Source: a phage. Taken from it: 64,000 bases of DNA. This document shows positions 57,201-64,000 of the stretch, in pieces; the first letter of the stretch is position 1; every line of letters begins with the position of its first letter. The translations under genes were made by a program, and so were the position numbers. The DNA is taken from the sequence record OZ335961.1. One strand, given 5' to 3'. The notes under the pieces are model-generated. The model was not told the DNA's origin and did not search any database. It was given only the letters and a program-made list of their open reading frames with translations.

Positions 57201-58166
57201 AGAGTGTGGGGAAATCAATTCAGCGGTGAATCGGACACAACACGTTCTACCGTATTTGAAGTTAGTGATGAAACGTCTAGTCATTTTTATTCTCAGCGTA
57301 ATAAAGCTGGTAATATAACATTTAATATCAATGGTACAGTAACGCCGATAAATGTTAATGCTTCAGGAACATTGAATGCGAATGGCGTAGCAACATTCGG
57401 CAGTTCGGTTACTGCTAATGGCGAATTTATCAGTAAATCATCGAATGCTTTTAGAGCAATAAACGGTGATTATGGATTCTTTATTCGTAATGATGGTGCT
57501 AACACCTATTTTATGCTTACTGCATCTGGTGATCAGACCGGTGGATTTAATGGATTACGTCCTTTAACTATTAATAATGCATCTGGTCAAGTAACGATTG
57601 GTGAAAGTTTAATCATTGCCAAAGGTGCTACTATAAGTTCAGGCGGTTTAACTGTTAACTCGAGAATTCGTTCTCAGGGTACTAAAACCTCTGATTTATA
57701 TACCCGTGCGCCAACATCTGATACTGTAGGATTCTGGTCAATCGATATTAATGATTCAGCCACTTATAACCAGTTCCCGGGTTATTTTAAGATGGTTGAA
57801 AAAACTAATGAAGTGACTGGGCTTCCATACTTAGAACGTGGTGAAGAAGTTAAATCTCCTGGTACATTGACCCAGTTTGGTAACACACTTGATTCGCTTT
57901 ACCAAGATTGGATTACTTATCCAACGACTCCAGAAGCACGTACCACTCGCTGGACACGTACATGGCAGAAAACCAAAAACTCTTGGTCAAGTTTTGTTCA
58001 GGTATTTGACGGAGGTAACCCTCCTCAACCTTCAGATATAGGAGCGATCCCATCTGATAACGGAATAATAGGTAATCTTACTATTCGCGATTTCTTACGA
58101 ATTGGTAATGTTCGCATTATTCCTGACCCAGTGAATAAAACTGTTAAATTTGAGTGGATTGAATAA
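54297..58166 (+). CDS. 34: long tail fibre proximal subunit
   Basis: 1289-aa ORF with repeated ATxTxxGI.xIAT motifs; late promoter 54255-54262. Confidence 0.93.
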   Translation: MAEIKRKFRAEDGLDAGGDKIINVALADRTVGTDGVNVDYLIQENTVQQYDPTRGYLKDFVIIYNNRFWAATDNIPKPAGSFNRIRWKALRTDAVYTTVSSGPYQLKSGEAISVDTSVGNDIEFTLPPSPLDGETVIIQDIGGKPGINQVKISSSNQSIVNFRGEQVRSVLMTHPKSQMIFIFNNRLWQMYVADYSREAAIVTPSTAYQAQSNDFIVRRFTSAAPINIKLPKFANHGDIINFVDLDKLNPLYHTIVTTYDETTSVQEVGTHSIEGRTSIDGFLMFDDNEKLWRLFDGDSKARLRIITTNSNIRPNEEVMVFGANNGTTQTIELQLPTNISVGDTVKISMNYMRKGQTVKIKAAGEDKIASSVQLLQFPKRSEYPPEAEWVTVQELVFNGETNYVPVLQLAYIEDSDGKYWVVQQNVPTVERVDSLNNSTRARLGVIALATQAQANVDLENSPQKELAITPETLANRTATETRRGIARIATTAQVNQNTTFSFADDLIITPKKLNERTATETRRGVAEIATQQETNTGTDDTTIITPKKLQARQGSETLSGIVTFVSTAGATPASSRELNGTNVYNKNTNNLVVSPKALDQYKATPTQQGAVILAVESEVIAGQSQEGWANAVVTPETLHKKTSTDGRIGLIEIATQSEVNTGTDYTRAVTPKTLNDRRATESLSGIAEIATQVEFDAGVDDTRISTPLKIKTRFDSTDRTSVVALSGLVESGTLWDHYTLNILEANETQRGTLRVATQVEAAAGTLDNVLITPKKLLGTKSTEAQEGVIKVATQVETVTGTSANTAVSPKNLKWIVQSEPTWAATTLVRGFVKTSSGSITFVGNDTVGSTQSLDLYEKNSYAVSPYELNRVLANYLPLKAKAVDSNLLDGLDSSQFIRRDIAQTVNGSLTLTQQTNLSAPLVSSSTATFGGSVSANSTLTISNTGTATRLIFEKGPQTGTNPAQTMTVRVWGNQFSGESDTTRSTVFEVSDETSSHFYSQRNKAGNITFNINGTVTPINVNASGTLNANGVATFGSSVTANGEFISKSSNAFRAINGDYGFFIRNDGANTYFMLTASGDQTGGFNGLRPLTINNASGQVTIGESLIIAKGATISSGGLTVNSRIRSQGTKTSDLYTRAPTSDTVGFWSIDINDSATYNQFPGYFKMVEKTNEVTGLPYLERGEEVKSPGTLTQFGNTLDSLYQDWITYPTTPEARTTRWTRTWQKTKNSWSSFVQVFDGGNPPQPSDIGAIPSDNGIIGNLTIRDFLRIGNVRIIPDPVNKTVKFEWIE

Positions 58167-58174
58167 GAGGTATT

Positions 58175-59290
58175 ATGGAAAAATTTATGGCAGAGTTTGG
58201 ACAAGGATATGTCCAAACGCCATTTTTATCGGAAAGTAATTCAGTAAGATACAAAATAAGTATAGCGGGTTCTTGCCCGCTTTCCACAGCAGGACCGTAT
58301 GTTAAATTTCAAGATAACCCAGTTGGAAATCAAACATTTAGTGCAGGTCTTCATTTAAGAGTTTTTGATCCTTCTACGGGAGCATTAGTTGATAGTAAGT
58401 CATATGCTTTTTCTACTTCAAATAATACTACATCAGCTGCTTTTGTTAGTTTCATGAATTCTTTGTCAAACAATAGACTTGCTGCTATATTGACTAGCGG
58501 AAAGGTTAATTTTCCTCCTGAAGTGGTATCTTGGCTAAGGAAAGCAGGAACTTCAGTTTTTCCATCAGATTCAGTATTGTCAAGATTTGACGTATCATAT
58601 GCTGCTTTTTACACTTCTTCTAAAAGAGCTATTGCATTAGAACATGTTAAACTAAGTAATAGAAAAAGCACAGATGATTATCAAACTATTTTAGATGTTG
58701 TATTTGACAGCTTAGAAGATGTTGGGGCGACAGGATTTCCTAAAAGAACATATGAAAGTGTCGAGCAATTTATGTCAGCGGTTGGTGGAACTAATAACGA
58801 AATTGCGCGATTGCCAACTTCAGCTGCTATAAGTAAACTTTCTGACTATAATTTAATTCCTGGTGATGTTCTTTATCTTAAAGCACAGTTATATGCTGAT
58901 GCTGATTTACTTGATCTTGGAACTACAAATATATCCATTCGTTTTTATGATGCATCAAATGGATATATTTCTTCGACACAGGCTGAGTTTACTGGACAAG
59001 CTGGATCTTGGGAATTAAAGGAAGATTATGTAGTTGTTCCTGAAAATGCAGTCGGATTTACGATATATGCACAGAGAACTGCTCAAGCTGGTCAAGGCGG
59101 CATGAGGAATTTAAGTTTTTCTGAAGTGTCAAGAAATGGCGGCATTTCAAAACCTGCCGAATTTGGCGTCAATGGTATTCGCGTTAATTATGTCTGTGAA
59201 TCGGCTTCACCTCCAGATATAATGGTACTTCCTACACAAGCATCGTCTAAAACTGGCAAAGTATTTGGGCAAGAATTTAGAGAAGTTTAA
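58175..59290 (+). CDS. 35: long tail fibre hinge connector
   Basis: 371-aa ORF, AAGAGG RBS. Confidence 0.88.
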   Translation: MEKFMAEFGQGYVQTPFLSESNSVRYKISIAGSCPLSTAGPYVKFQDNPVGNQTFSAGLHLRVFDPSTGALVDSKSYAFSTSNNTTSAAFVSFMNSLSNNRLAAILTSGKVNFPPEVVSWLRKAGTSVFPSDSVLSRFDVSYAAFYTSSKRAIALEHVKLSNRKSTDDYQTILDVVFDSLEDVGATGFPKRTYESVEQFMSAVGGTNNEIARLPTSAAISKLSDYNLIPGDVLYLKAQLYADADLLDLGTTNISIRFYDASNGYISSTQAEFTGQAGSWELKEDYVVVPENAVGFTIYAQRTAQAGQGGMRNLSFSEVSRNGGISKPAEFGVNGIRVNYVCESASPPDIMVLPTQASSKTGKVFGQEFREV

Positions 59291-59295
59291 ACTGA

Positions 59296-59318
59296 GGGAG
59301 CCTTCGGGTTCCCTTTTT
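59296..59318 (+). terminator. intrinsic terminator after gene 35
   Basis: GGGAGCC-TTCG-GGTTCCC hairpin followed by TTTTTCTTT. Confidence 0.7.
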
Positions 59319-59321
59319 CTT

Positions 59322-59329
59322 TATAAATA
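59322..59329 (+). promoter_or_regulatory. late promoter core TATAAATA (gene 36)
   Basis: Exact match directly after the terminator. Confidence 0.6.
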
Positions 59330-59352
59330 ATATTAAAATAAAGGGGCATATA

Positions 59353-60003
59353 ATGGCTGATTTAAAAGTAGGTTCAACTGTGGGTGGATCTGTCATTTGG
59401 CATCAAGGAAATTTTCCATTGAATTCAGCCGGTGACGATGTACTCTACAAATCATTTAAAATATATTCAGAATATAATAAACCGCAGGCAGCTGATAACG
59501 ATTTCGTTTCTAAAGCTAATGGTGGTACTTACACCGGTCCAGTTACTATTAATTATGGTGTAAATAGTTATCTTCAATTAAGTAATAATGAAACCCCCAT
59601 TCGAATTCGTTCTGGTGGCGGTACCGGTAATACTCTTGTAGTTGGCGGCTCTTCTGGCGGTATTAGTTTTAGACCTGCAGGTAGTGAAATCACAACTGGA
59701 CAAATTACTATTACGCCAGAAGGTTTGACAACATTTACTAGGGCTGTAACGGCTCCATCTGTAACTGTTACATCTACTCCTTCCGCAGCATCTGATGTTA
59801 CTCGTAAAGATTATGTTGATGGAGCAATAAATACTGTTACAGCAAATGCAAACTCTAGAGTGTTACGATCTGGTGACACCATGACAGGTAATTTAACAGC
59901 GCCAAACTTTTTCTCGCAGAATCCTGCATCTCAACCTTCACACGTTCCACGATTTGATCAAATTGTTATTAAAGATTCTGTTCAAGATTTCGGCTATTAT
60001 TAA
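59353..60003 (+). CDS. 36: long tail fibre distal small subunit
   Basis: 216-aa ORF after terminator and late promoter. Confidence 0.85.
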   Translation: MADLKVGSTVGGSVIWHQGNFPLNSAGDDVLYKSFKIYSEYNKPQAADNDFVSKANGGTYTGPVTINYGVNSYLQLSNNETPIRIRSGGGTGNTLVVGGSSGGISFRPAGSEITTGQITITPEGLTTFTRAVTAPSVTVTSTPSAASDVTRKDYVDGAINTVTANANSRVLRSGDTMTGNLTAPNFFSQNPASQPSHVPRFDQIVIKDSVQDFGYY

Positions 60004-60011
60004 GAGGACTT

Positions 60012-62978
60012 ATGGCTACTTTAAAACAAATACAATTTAAAAGAAGCAAAACTGCAGGTCAACTTCCTGCTGCTTCAGTATTAGCCGAAGGTGAATTGGC
60101 TATTAATTTAAAAGATAAAACAATTTTCACAAAAGATGACTCAGGCAATGTTATAGAATTAGGTTTAAAATATGGAGGAACAATTGATGGTTCTTTAACT
60201 GTTAATGGAAATATAATTGGAAATTTAACAGGTAACGCTGCAACTGCAACGAAATTAAAAACAGCACGAAAAATTAATGGTATATCCTTTGATGGGTCAA
60301 AAGATATCACGCTAACTCCATCTGACATAAATGTCAATAGCACAACGTTTATAAAAAATAACGGCGAATTACCGGTTGATGCTAATTTAGATACGTATGG
60401 GCCTGTTGAAGAATATCTTGGAGTTTGGTCGAAAGCAACTTCAACCAACGCTCAACCAGCAAATAAATTTCCAGAAGAAAATGCTGTAGGTGTGCTAGAA
60501 GTATTTGTGGCCGGTCAATTTGCTGGTACTCAGCGTTATACAACTAGATACGGAAATGTTTATATTCGTTCCTTGACTGCTACATGGAACGGAGTAAACG
60601 GTCCGTGGAGTGTGTGGCGAAATATTCAATCCGGTACTCGTCCACTGTCAACAACAATTGATCTTAATGATTTAGGAGGAGCTGAACACCTTGGTTTGTG
60701 GCGAAATAGTTCAAATTCCATTGCTACATTTGACAGAAATTTCCCAGAAGAGGGGTCGTCAGCTCAAGGTCTTTTGGAAGTATATGAAGGTGGAAACTAT
60801 TCTCGTACACAAAGATATACAACCAGATTTGGTGTTGTTTATACTCGTTGTCTTGCTGCCGCGTGGGATTCTACTGCGCCTAAATGGGGACCGTGGCAAC
60901 AAGTCGGTAATGTCACACCAGCGACTTTTTATGATGGAGATCTGAATGATTTTAAAACTCCTGGGTTATATAATATTTTAGGCACTGATGCCGTTATTAA
61001 TTGTCCTACAGGCGAAGGTTTACCAGCCGTTATTGTTGGTTTGCTGGAAGTTAAACAGCGTGCTTCTGGTGGTGCTATTTTCCAAAAATTTACTACTGCC
61101 GGAACAGGTGCAACTACCCGCGATCGTATTTTTGAGCGCGCATATACCGGCGGTGTGTGGGGTGAATGGAACGAAGTATACACATCTTATTCTCTACCAA
61201 TTACTTTGGGTATGGGCGGTATTAAATCTAACTTAGCAGAGTTAGACTGGCAAGCATTTGATTTTGTTCCTGGTAGTATGTTTAGCGTTCCTTTGAACAA
61301 AATAAAGAACATGCCAGCTAATATGGATTGGGGTACGATTAACGGAAACTTAATTATGTTTTCTGTTGGTCCTAGCGAGCACACCAGCACAGGACGTACT
61401 GTTCAAGTTTGGCGTGGAACTGTATCCCAGACAAACTATCGTTATTTTGTCGTTCGTGTATTCGGTAATCCAGGGAGTAGAACATGTACAGTTCGACGCG
61501 TTGTTCTTGAAGACGGATCACATACTTGGACTGCTAAACAAGATTTTAATGGCGCAGTTAACTTTAACTCTACTGTTAACCTTAATAACACTACCACATT
61601 TAAAACAGAAGTTAAATTCCGCTCGTTGAATGCATTCCGTATGTATGGCGGAAAATTTGGTACATTTTTACGTAATGATGGAGAGAGTCTTTATATTCTT
61701 TCCACCGACGAAGATGATCAAGATGGAAACTTTAATACAAATAGACCTTTCCGTTATGAATTAAGAACTGGTGATGTTACTTTAGGTGGTACTAGTGGTG
61801 CTAACGTTTTAAAATTAAAACGTGATTCTCTCACCGCATTTTTTGGTGGTGATATTAACATGAAAGGCTTGCTGACTTTTGACGCCGGACGTTTAGGATC
61901 ACGAGATTATTTTAAATTTAACCATTGGGGTGATAGTAATAATGCGCGTGATAACATTATTCAGTTAGAAGACAGCAAAGGCGCTCATTTTTCCACTGAA
62001 CGTACTTTAGCGACTGGTGCAATTAAGACTAAATTTTTTGGTGAAATTGAATCCGATGGTAAATTGGTTATTAAACGTCCGGGTGATTCTATTGTATTAT
62101 CAACAACTGCTAGTAATTCTTTGCATATTCGTGGTGACATAGACGGGACTGGTAACTGGTATATTGGTAAGGGTGGTGCTGATAATGGATTAGCGTTATA
62201 TAGTTATGCTACTAATGCTGGTGTATACATTACAAACGCAGGAGATATCACGCTAAGTCCAAAAGGCGTCGAAATGGCCCATGTCAATAACGTTCGATTA
62301 TATGTTCACGGTGAACGTTGGACTGCTAGTCAACCAGGTGATTGGGGTAGTCAGTGGCAAGTGGAAGCGCCAATATTCGTCGATCATGGTTATGTTTCAC
62401 AGGATTGTTATTATCCAATTATTAAAGGAAGAAGTGTAATCACCAATCAAGGGTTTGTAACTGCCGTCGATCTTGGTATTCGTCGTGTCAATAACAATTG
62501 GGGACAAGCAATTATTCGTGTTGGATCTGCGGAGGCATCGCCAGCGGCTGGACACCCTAACGCGGTATTTGAATTTCATTACGACGGTACTTTCTATTCT
62601 CCTGGTAATGGTAACTTTAACGATGTGTATATTCGTTCCGATGGTCGTCTTAAGATTAATAAAAAAGAGCTAGAAAACGGAGCACTTGAAAAAGTATGCC
62701 GACTGAAAGTTTATACATACGATAAGGTTAAGTCTATTAAAGATCGTAGTGTTATTAAACGTGAAGTTGGTATTATTGCTCAGGATCTTGAAAAAGAATT
62801 ACCAGAAGCTGTGTCTAAAGTTGAAGTTGATGGATCTGATGTTCTGACAATTTCTAACTCCGCTGTGAATGCTCTTTTAATTAAGGCTATCCAAGAAATG
62901 AGCGAAGAAATTAAAGAATTAAAAACGCCTTTCTTCACTAAAATTGCTCGCAAAATTAGTAATTATTTTAAATTCTAA
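60012..62978 (+). CDS. 37: long tail fibre distal subunit with C-terminal intramolecular-chaperone domain (T2-type)
   Basis: 988-aa ORF; C-terminal about 112 aa carry S/DGRLK cleavage motif and [15 protein letters not shown]...[19 protein letters not shown]. Confidence 0.9.
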   Translation: MATLKQIQFKRSKTAGQLPAASVLAEGELAINLKDKTIFTKDDSGNVIELGLKYGGTIDGSLTVNGNIIGNLTGNAATATKLKTARKINGISFDGSKDITLTPSDINVNSTTFIKNNGELPVDANLDTYGPVEEYLGVWSKATSTNAQPANKFPEENAVGVLEVFVAGQFAGTQRYTTRYGNVYIRSLTATWNGVNGPWSVWRNIQSGTRPLSTTIDLNDLGGAEHLGLWRNSSNSIATFDRNFPEEGSSAQGLLEVYEGGNYSRTQRYTTRFGVVYTRCLAAAWDSTAPKWGPWQQVGNVTPATFYDGDLNDFKTPGLYNILGTDAVINCPTGEGLPAVIVGLLEVKQRASGGAIFQKFTTAGTGATTRDRIFERAYTGGVWGEWNEVYTSYSLPITLGMGGIKSNLAELDWQAFDFVPGSMFSVPLNKIKNMPANMDWGTINGNLIMFSVGPSEHTSTGRTVQVWRGTVSQTNYRYFVVRVFGNPGSRTCTVRRVVLEDGSHTWTAKQDFNGAVNFNSTVNLNNTTTFKTEVKFRSLNAFRMYGGKFGTFLRNDGESLYILSTDEDDQDGNFNTNRPFRYELRTGDVTLGGTSGANVLKLKRDSLTAFFGGDINMKGLLTFDAGRLGSRDYFKFNHWGDSNNARDNIIQLEDSKGAHFSTERTLATGAIKTKFFGEIESDGKLVIKRPGDSIVLSTTASNSLHIRGDIDGTGNWYIGKGGADNGLALYSYATNAGVYITNAGDITLSPKGVEMAHVNNVRLYVHGERWTASQPGDWGSQWQVEAPIFVDHGYVSQDCYYPIIKGRSVITNQGFVTAVDLGIRRVNNNWGQAIIRVGSAEASPAAGHPNAVFEFHYDGTFYSPGNGNFNDVYIRSDGRLKINKKELENGALEKVCRLKVYTYDKVKSIKDRSVIKREVGIIAQDLEKELPEAVSKVEVDGSDVLTISNSAVNALLIKAIQEMSEEIKELKTPFFTKIARKISNYFKF
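62640..62975 (+). other. intramolecular chaperone / autoproteolytic C-terminal domain of gp37 (peptidase S74-like)
   Basis: Motif IRS|DGRLK followed by [15 protein letters not shown] and an amphipathic C-terminal helix. Confidence 0.7.
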
Positions 62979-62984
62979 CAACAA

Positions 62985-63000
62985 GGGGCTTTGCCCCTTT
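62985..63000 (+). terminator. hairpin after gene 37
   Basis: GGGGC-TTT-GCCCC followed by TTT; sits directly in front of the gene 38 RBS. Confidence 0.5.
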
Positions 63001-63010
63001 GGAGAAAATT

Positions 63011-63811
63011 ATGGCAGTAGTTGGTGTTCCCGGTTGGATTGGAAGTTCATCTGTAAATGAAACAGGACAACGATGGATGAGTCAAGCGGCTGGTCAATTA
63101 AGATTGGGTGTTCCTTGCTGGATGAGCCAATTCGCCGGACGCTCAAGAGAGATTATTCATACCGTAACAGCAAACCATAACTTTAATGGTCAATGGTTCC
63201 GCGACCGTTGCTTTGAAGCTGGCGGTGCACCCATTGTATTCAATATTGTTGGTGATATCGTTTCTTATTCTAAAGATGTGCCACTTTTCTTTATGTATGG
63301 GGATACGCCTAATGAATATGTTGTTCTTAATATTCATGGTGGTGTTCATATGTGGGGTCGTGGTGGTAATGGTGGATACACTCACTCAGGAGGCGACGGT
63401 AACGGTACACAAGGCGGTCATGTTATTCAAAATGATATCGGTGGACGGCTTCGTATTTGGAACTACGGTGTTATAGCTGCTGGGGGTGGCGGCGGTGGTG
63501 GTATTGCATATCGTCCACACTCAGGGGCAAACTGGCAAGATATCGGCGGTGGTGGTGGTCGACCTTTCGGTGGCGCTGGCGGCGGCGGTTATTCCGGTGG
63601 TGCTGCTTCGTATGAAGGTCCGGGTGGTGGTTATGACTATGGTAACGCACACTCCGGCGCAGGCGGTAATGCTGGTGCTGCTGGTCAGAATGCATGGTAT
63701 GACGGCGGTAAAGTTCTTAAAGTTGGTGTTGGTGGTGCGTCTGGTCATGCAGTGTTTGGGTCTTCTCCAACTTGGGGTGCTGTTGGAACAATTTACGGAC
63801 CAAGAGTATAA
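63011..63811 (+). CDS. 38: receptor-binding adhesin gp38 (T2-type, glycine-rich motifs)
   Basis: Track ORF opens at TTG 62999; ATG 63011 ([13 protein letters not shown]...); C-terminal half of poly-Gly blocks separated by short variable segments. Confidence 0.85.
   Translation: MAVVGVPGWIGSSSVNETGQRWMSQAAGQLRLGVPCWMSQFAGRSREIIHTVTANHNFNGQWFRDRCFEAGGAPIVFNIVGDIVSYSKDVPLFFMYGDTPNEYVVLNIHGGVHMWGRGGNGGYTHSGGDGNGTQGGHVIQNDIGGRLRIWNYGVIAAGGGGGGGIAYRPHSGANWQDIGGGGGRPFGGAGGGGYSGGAASYEGPGGGYDYGNAHSGAGGNAGAAGQNAWYDGGKVLKVGVGGASGHAVFGSSPTWGAVGTIYGPRV
63350..63750 (+). other. glycine-rich motif / hypervariable-segment region of gp38
   Basis: Runs of GGT/GGC codons ([40 protein letters not shown]) interrupted by short non-Gly segments. 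Confidence 0.7.
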
Positions 63812-63841
63812 TTTGAATAAATATCTTTAAAAGGAGGGTCT

Positions 63842-64000
63842 ATGGCAGCACCTAGAATATCATTTTCGCCCTCTGGTATTCTGTTTGGTGTTCTGGATCG
63901 CTTGTTCAAAGATAACGCTACCGGGAAGGTTCTTGCTTCCCGAGTAGCTGTCGTAATTCTTTTATTTATGATGGCGATTGTTTGGTATAGGGGAGATAGT
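63842..64000 (+). CDS. t: holin t (5' part only, truncated by window end)
   Basis: MAAPRISFSPSGILFGVLDRLFKDNATGKVLASRVAVVILLFMMAIVWYRGDS; AAGGAGG RBS. Confidence 0.8.
   Translation, partial: MAAPRISFSPSGILFGVLDRLFKDNATGKVLASRVAVVILLFMMAIVWYRGDS

Noticed and set aside
63471-63748. His-, Arg- and Thr-rich minus-strand ORFs inside gene 38
   Set aside because: They are produced by the repeated GGT/GGC glycine codons of gp38 read in other frames; no start signals.

Overview
This window is a contiguous ~64-kb stretch of a T-even (T4-like) myovirus genome, read from the sequence and the ORF track without any database search. It runs from the large terminase gene 17 through head genes 20-24, the hoc/inh/uvsW/uvsY block, baseplate genes 25-54, a long minus-strand early region (alt, DNA ligase 30, rIII, 31, cd, pseT, alc, rnlA, denA, nrdB, mobE, nrdA, td, frd, 32, 59, 33, dsbA, rnh), to the long-tail-fibre genes 34-38 and the start of holin t. 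Most core proteins match the T4 lengths I remember, but td and nrdB are uninterrupted (no group I introns), no seg endonuclease is present at the uvsW-uvsY or 32-59 junctions, and the distal tail fibre is T2-type rather than T4-type. The most unusual feature is a perfect 255-bp in-frame tandem duplication covering the late promoter, RBS and first 72 codons of baseplate gene 51. Other points worth a second look are two adjacent Alt-family ADP-ribosyltransferase genes, a GC-rich ORF-free hairpin-rich stretch downstream of rIII, a NADAR-domain gene, a 68-codon ORF between frd and td, and several clusters of small unassigned ORFs. I found no CRISPR array, rRNA or convincing tRNA. All T4 gene names and lengths are from memory. 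Coordinates of short motifs were counted by hand and may be off by 1-3 nt; at one place (near 31440-31484) my hand count disagreed with the ORF track by 1 nt, and I used the track.
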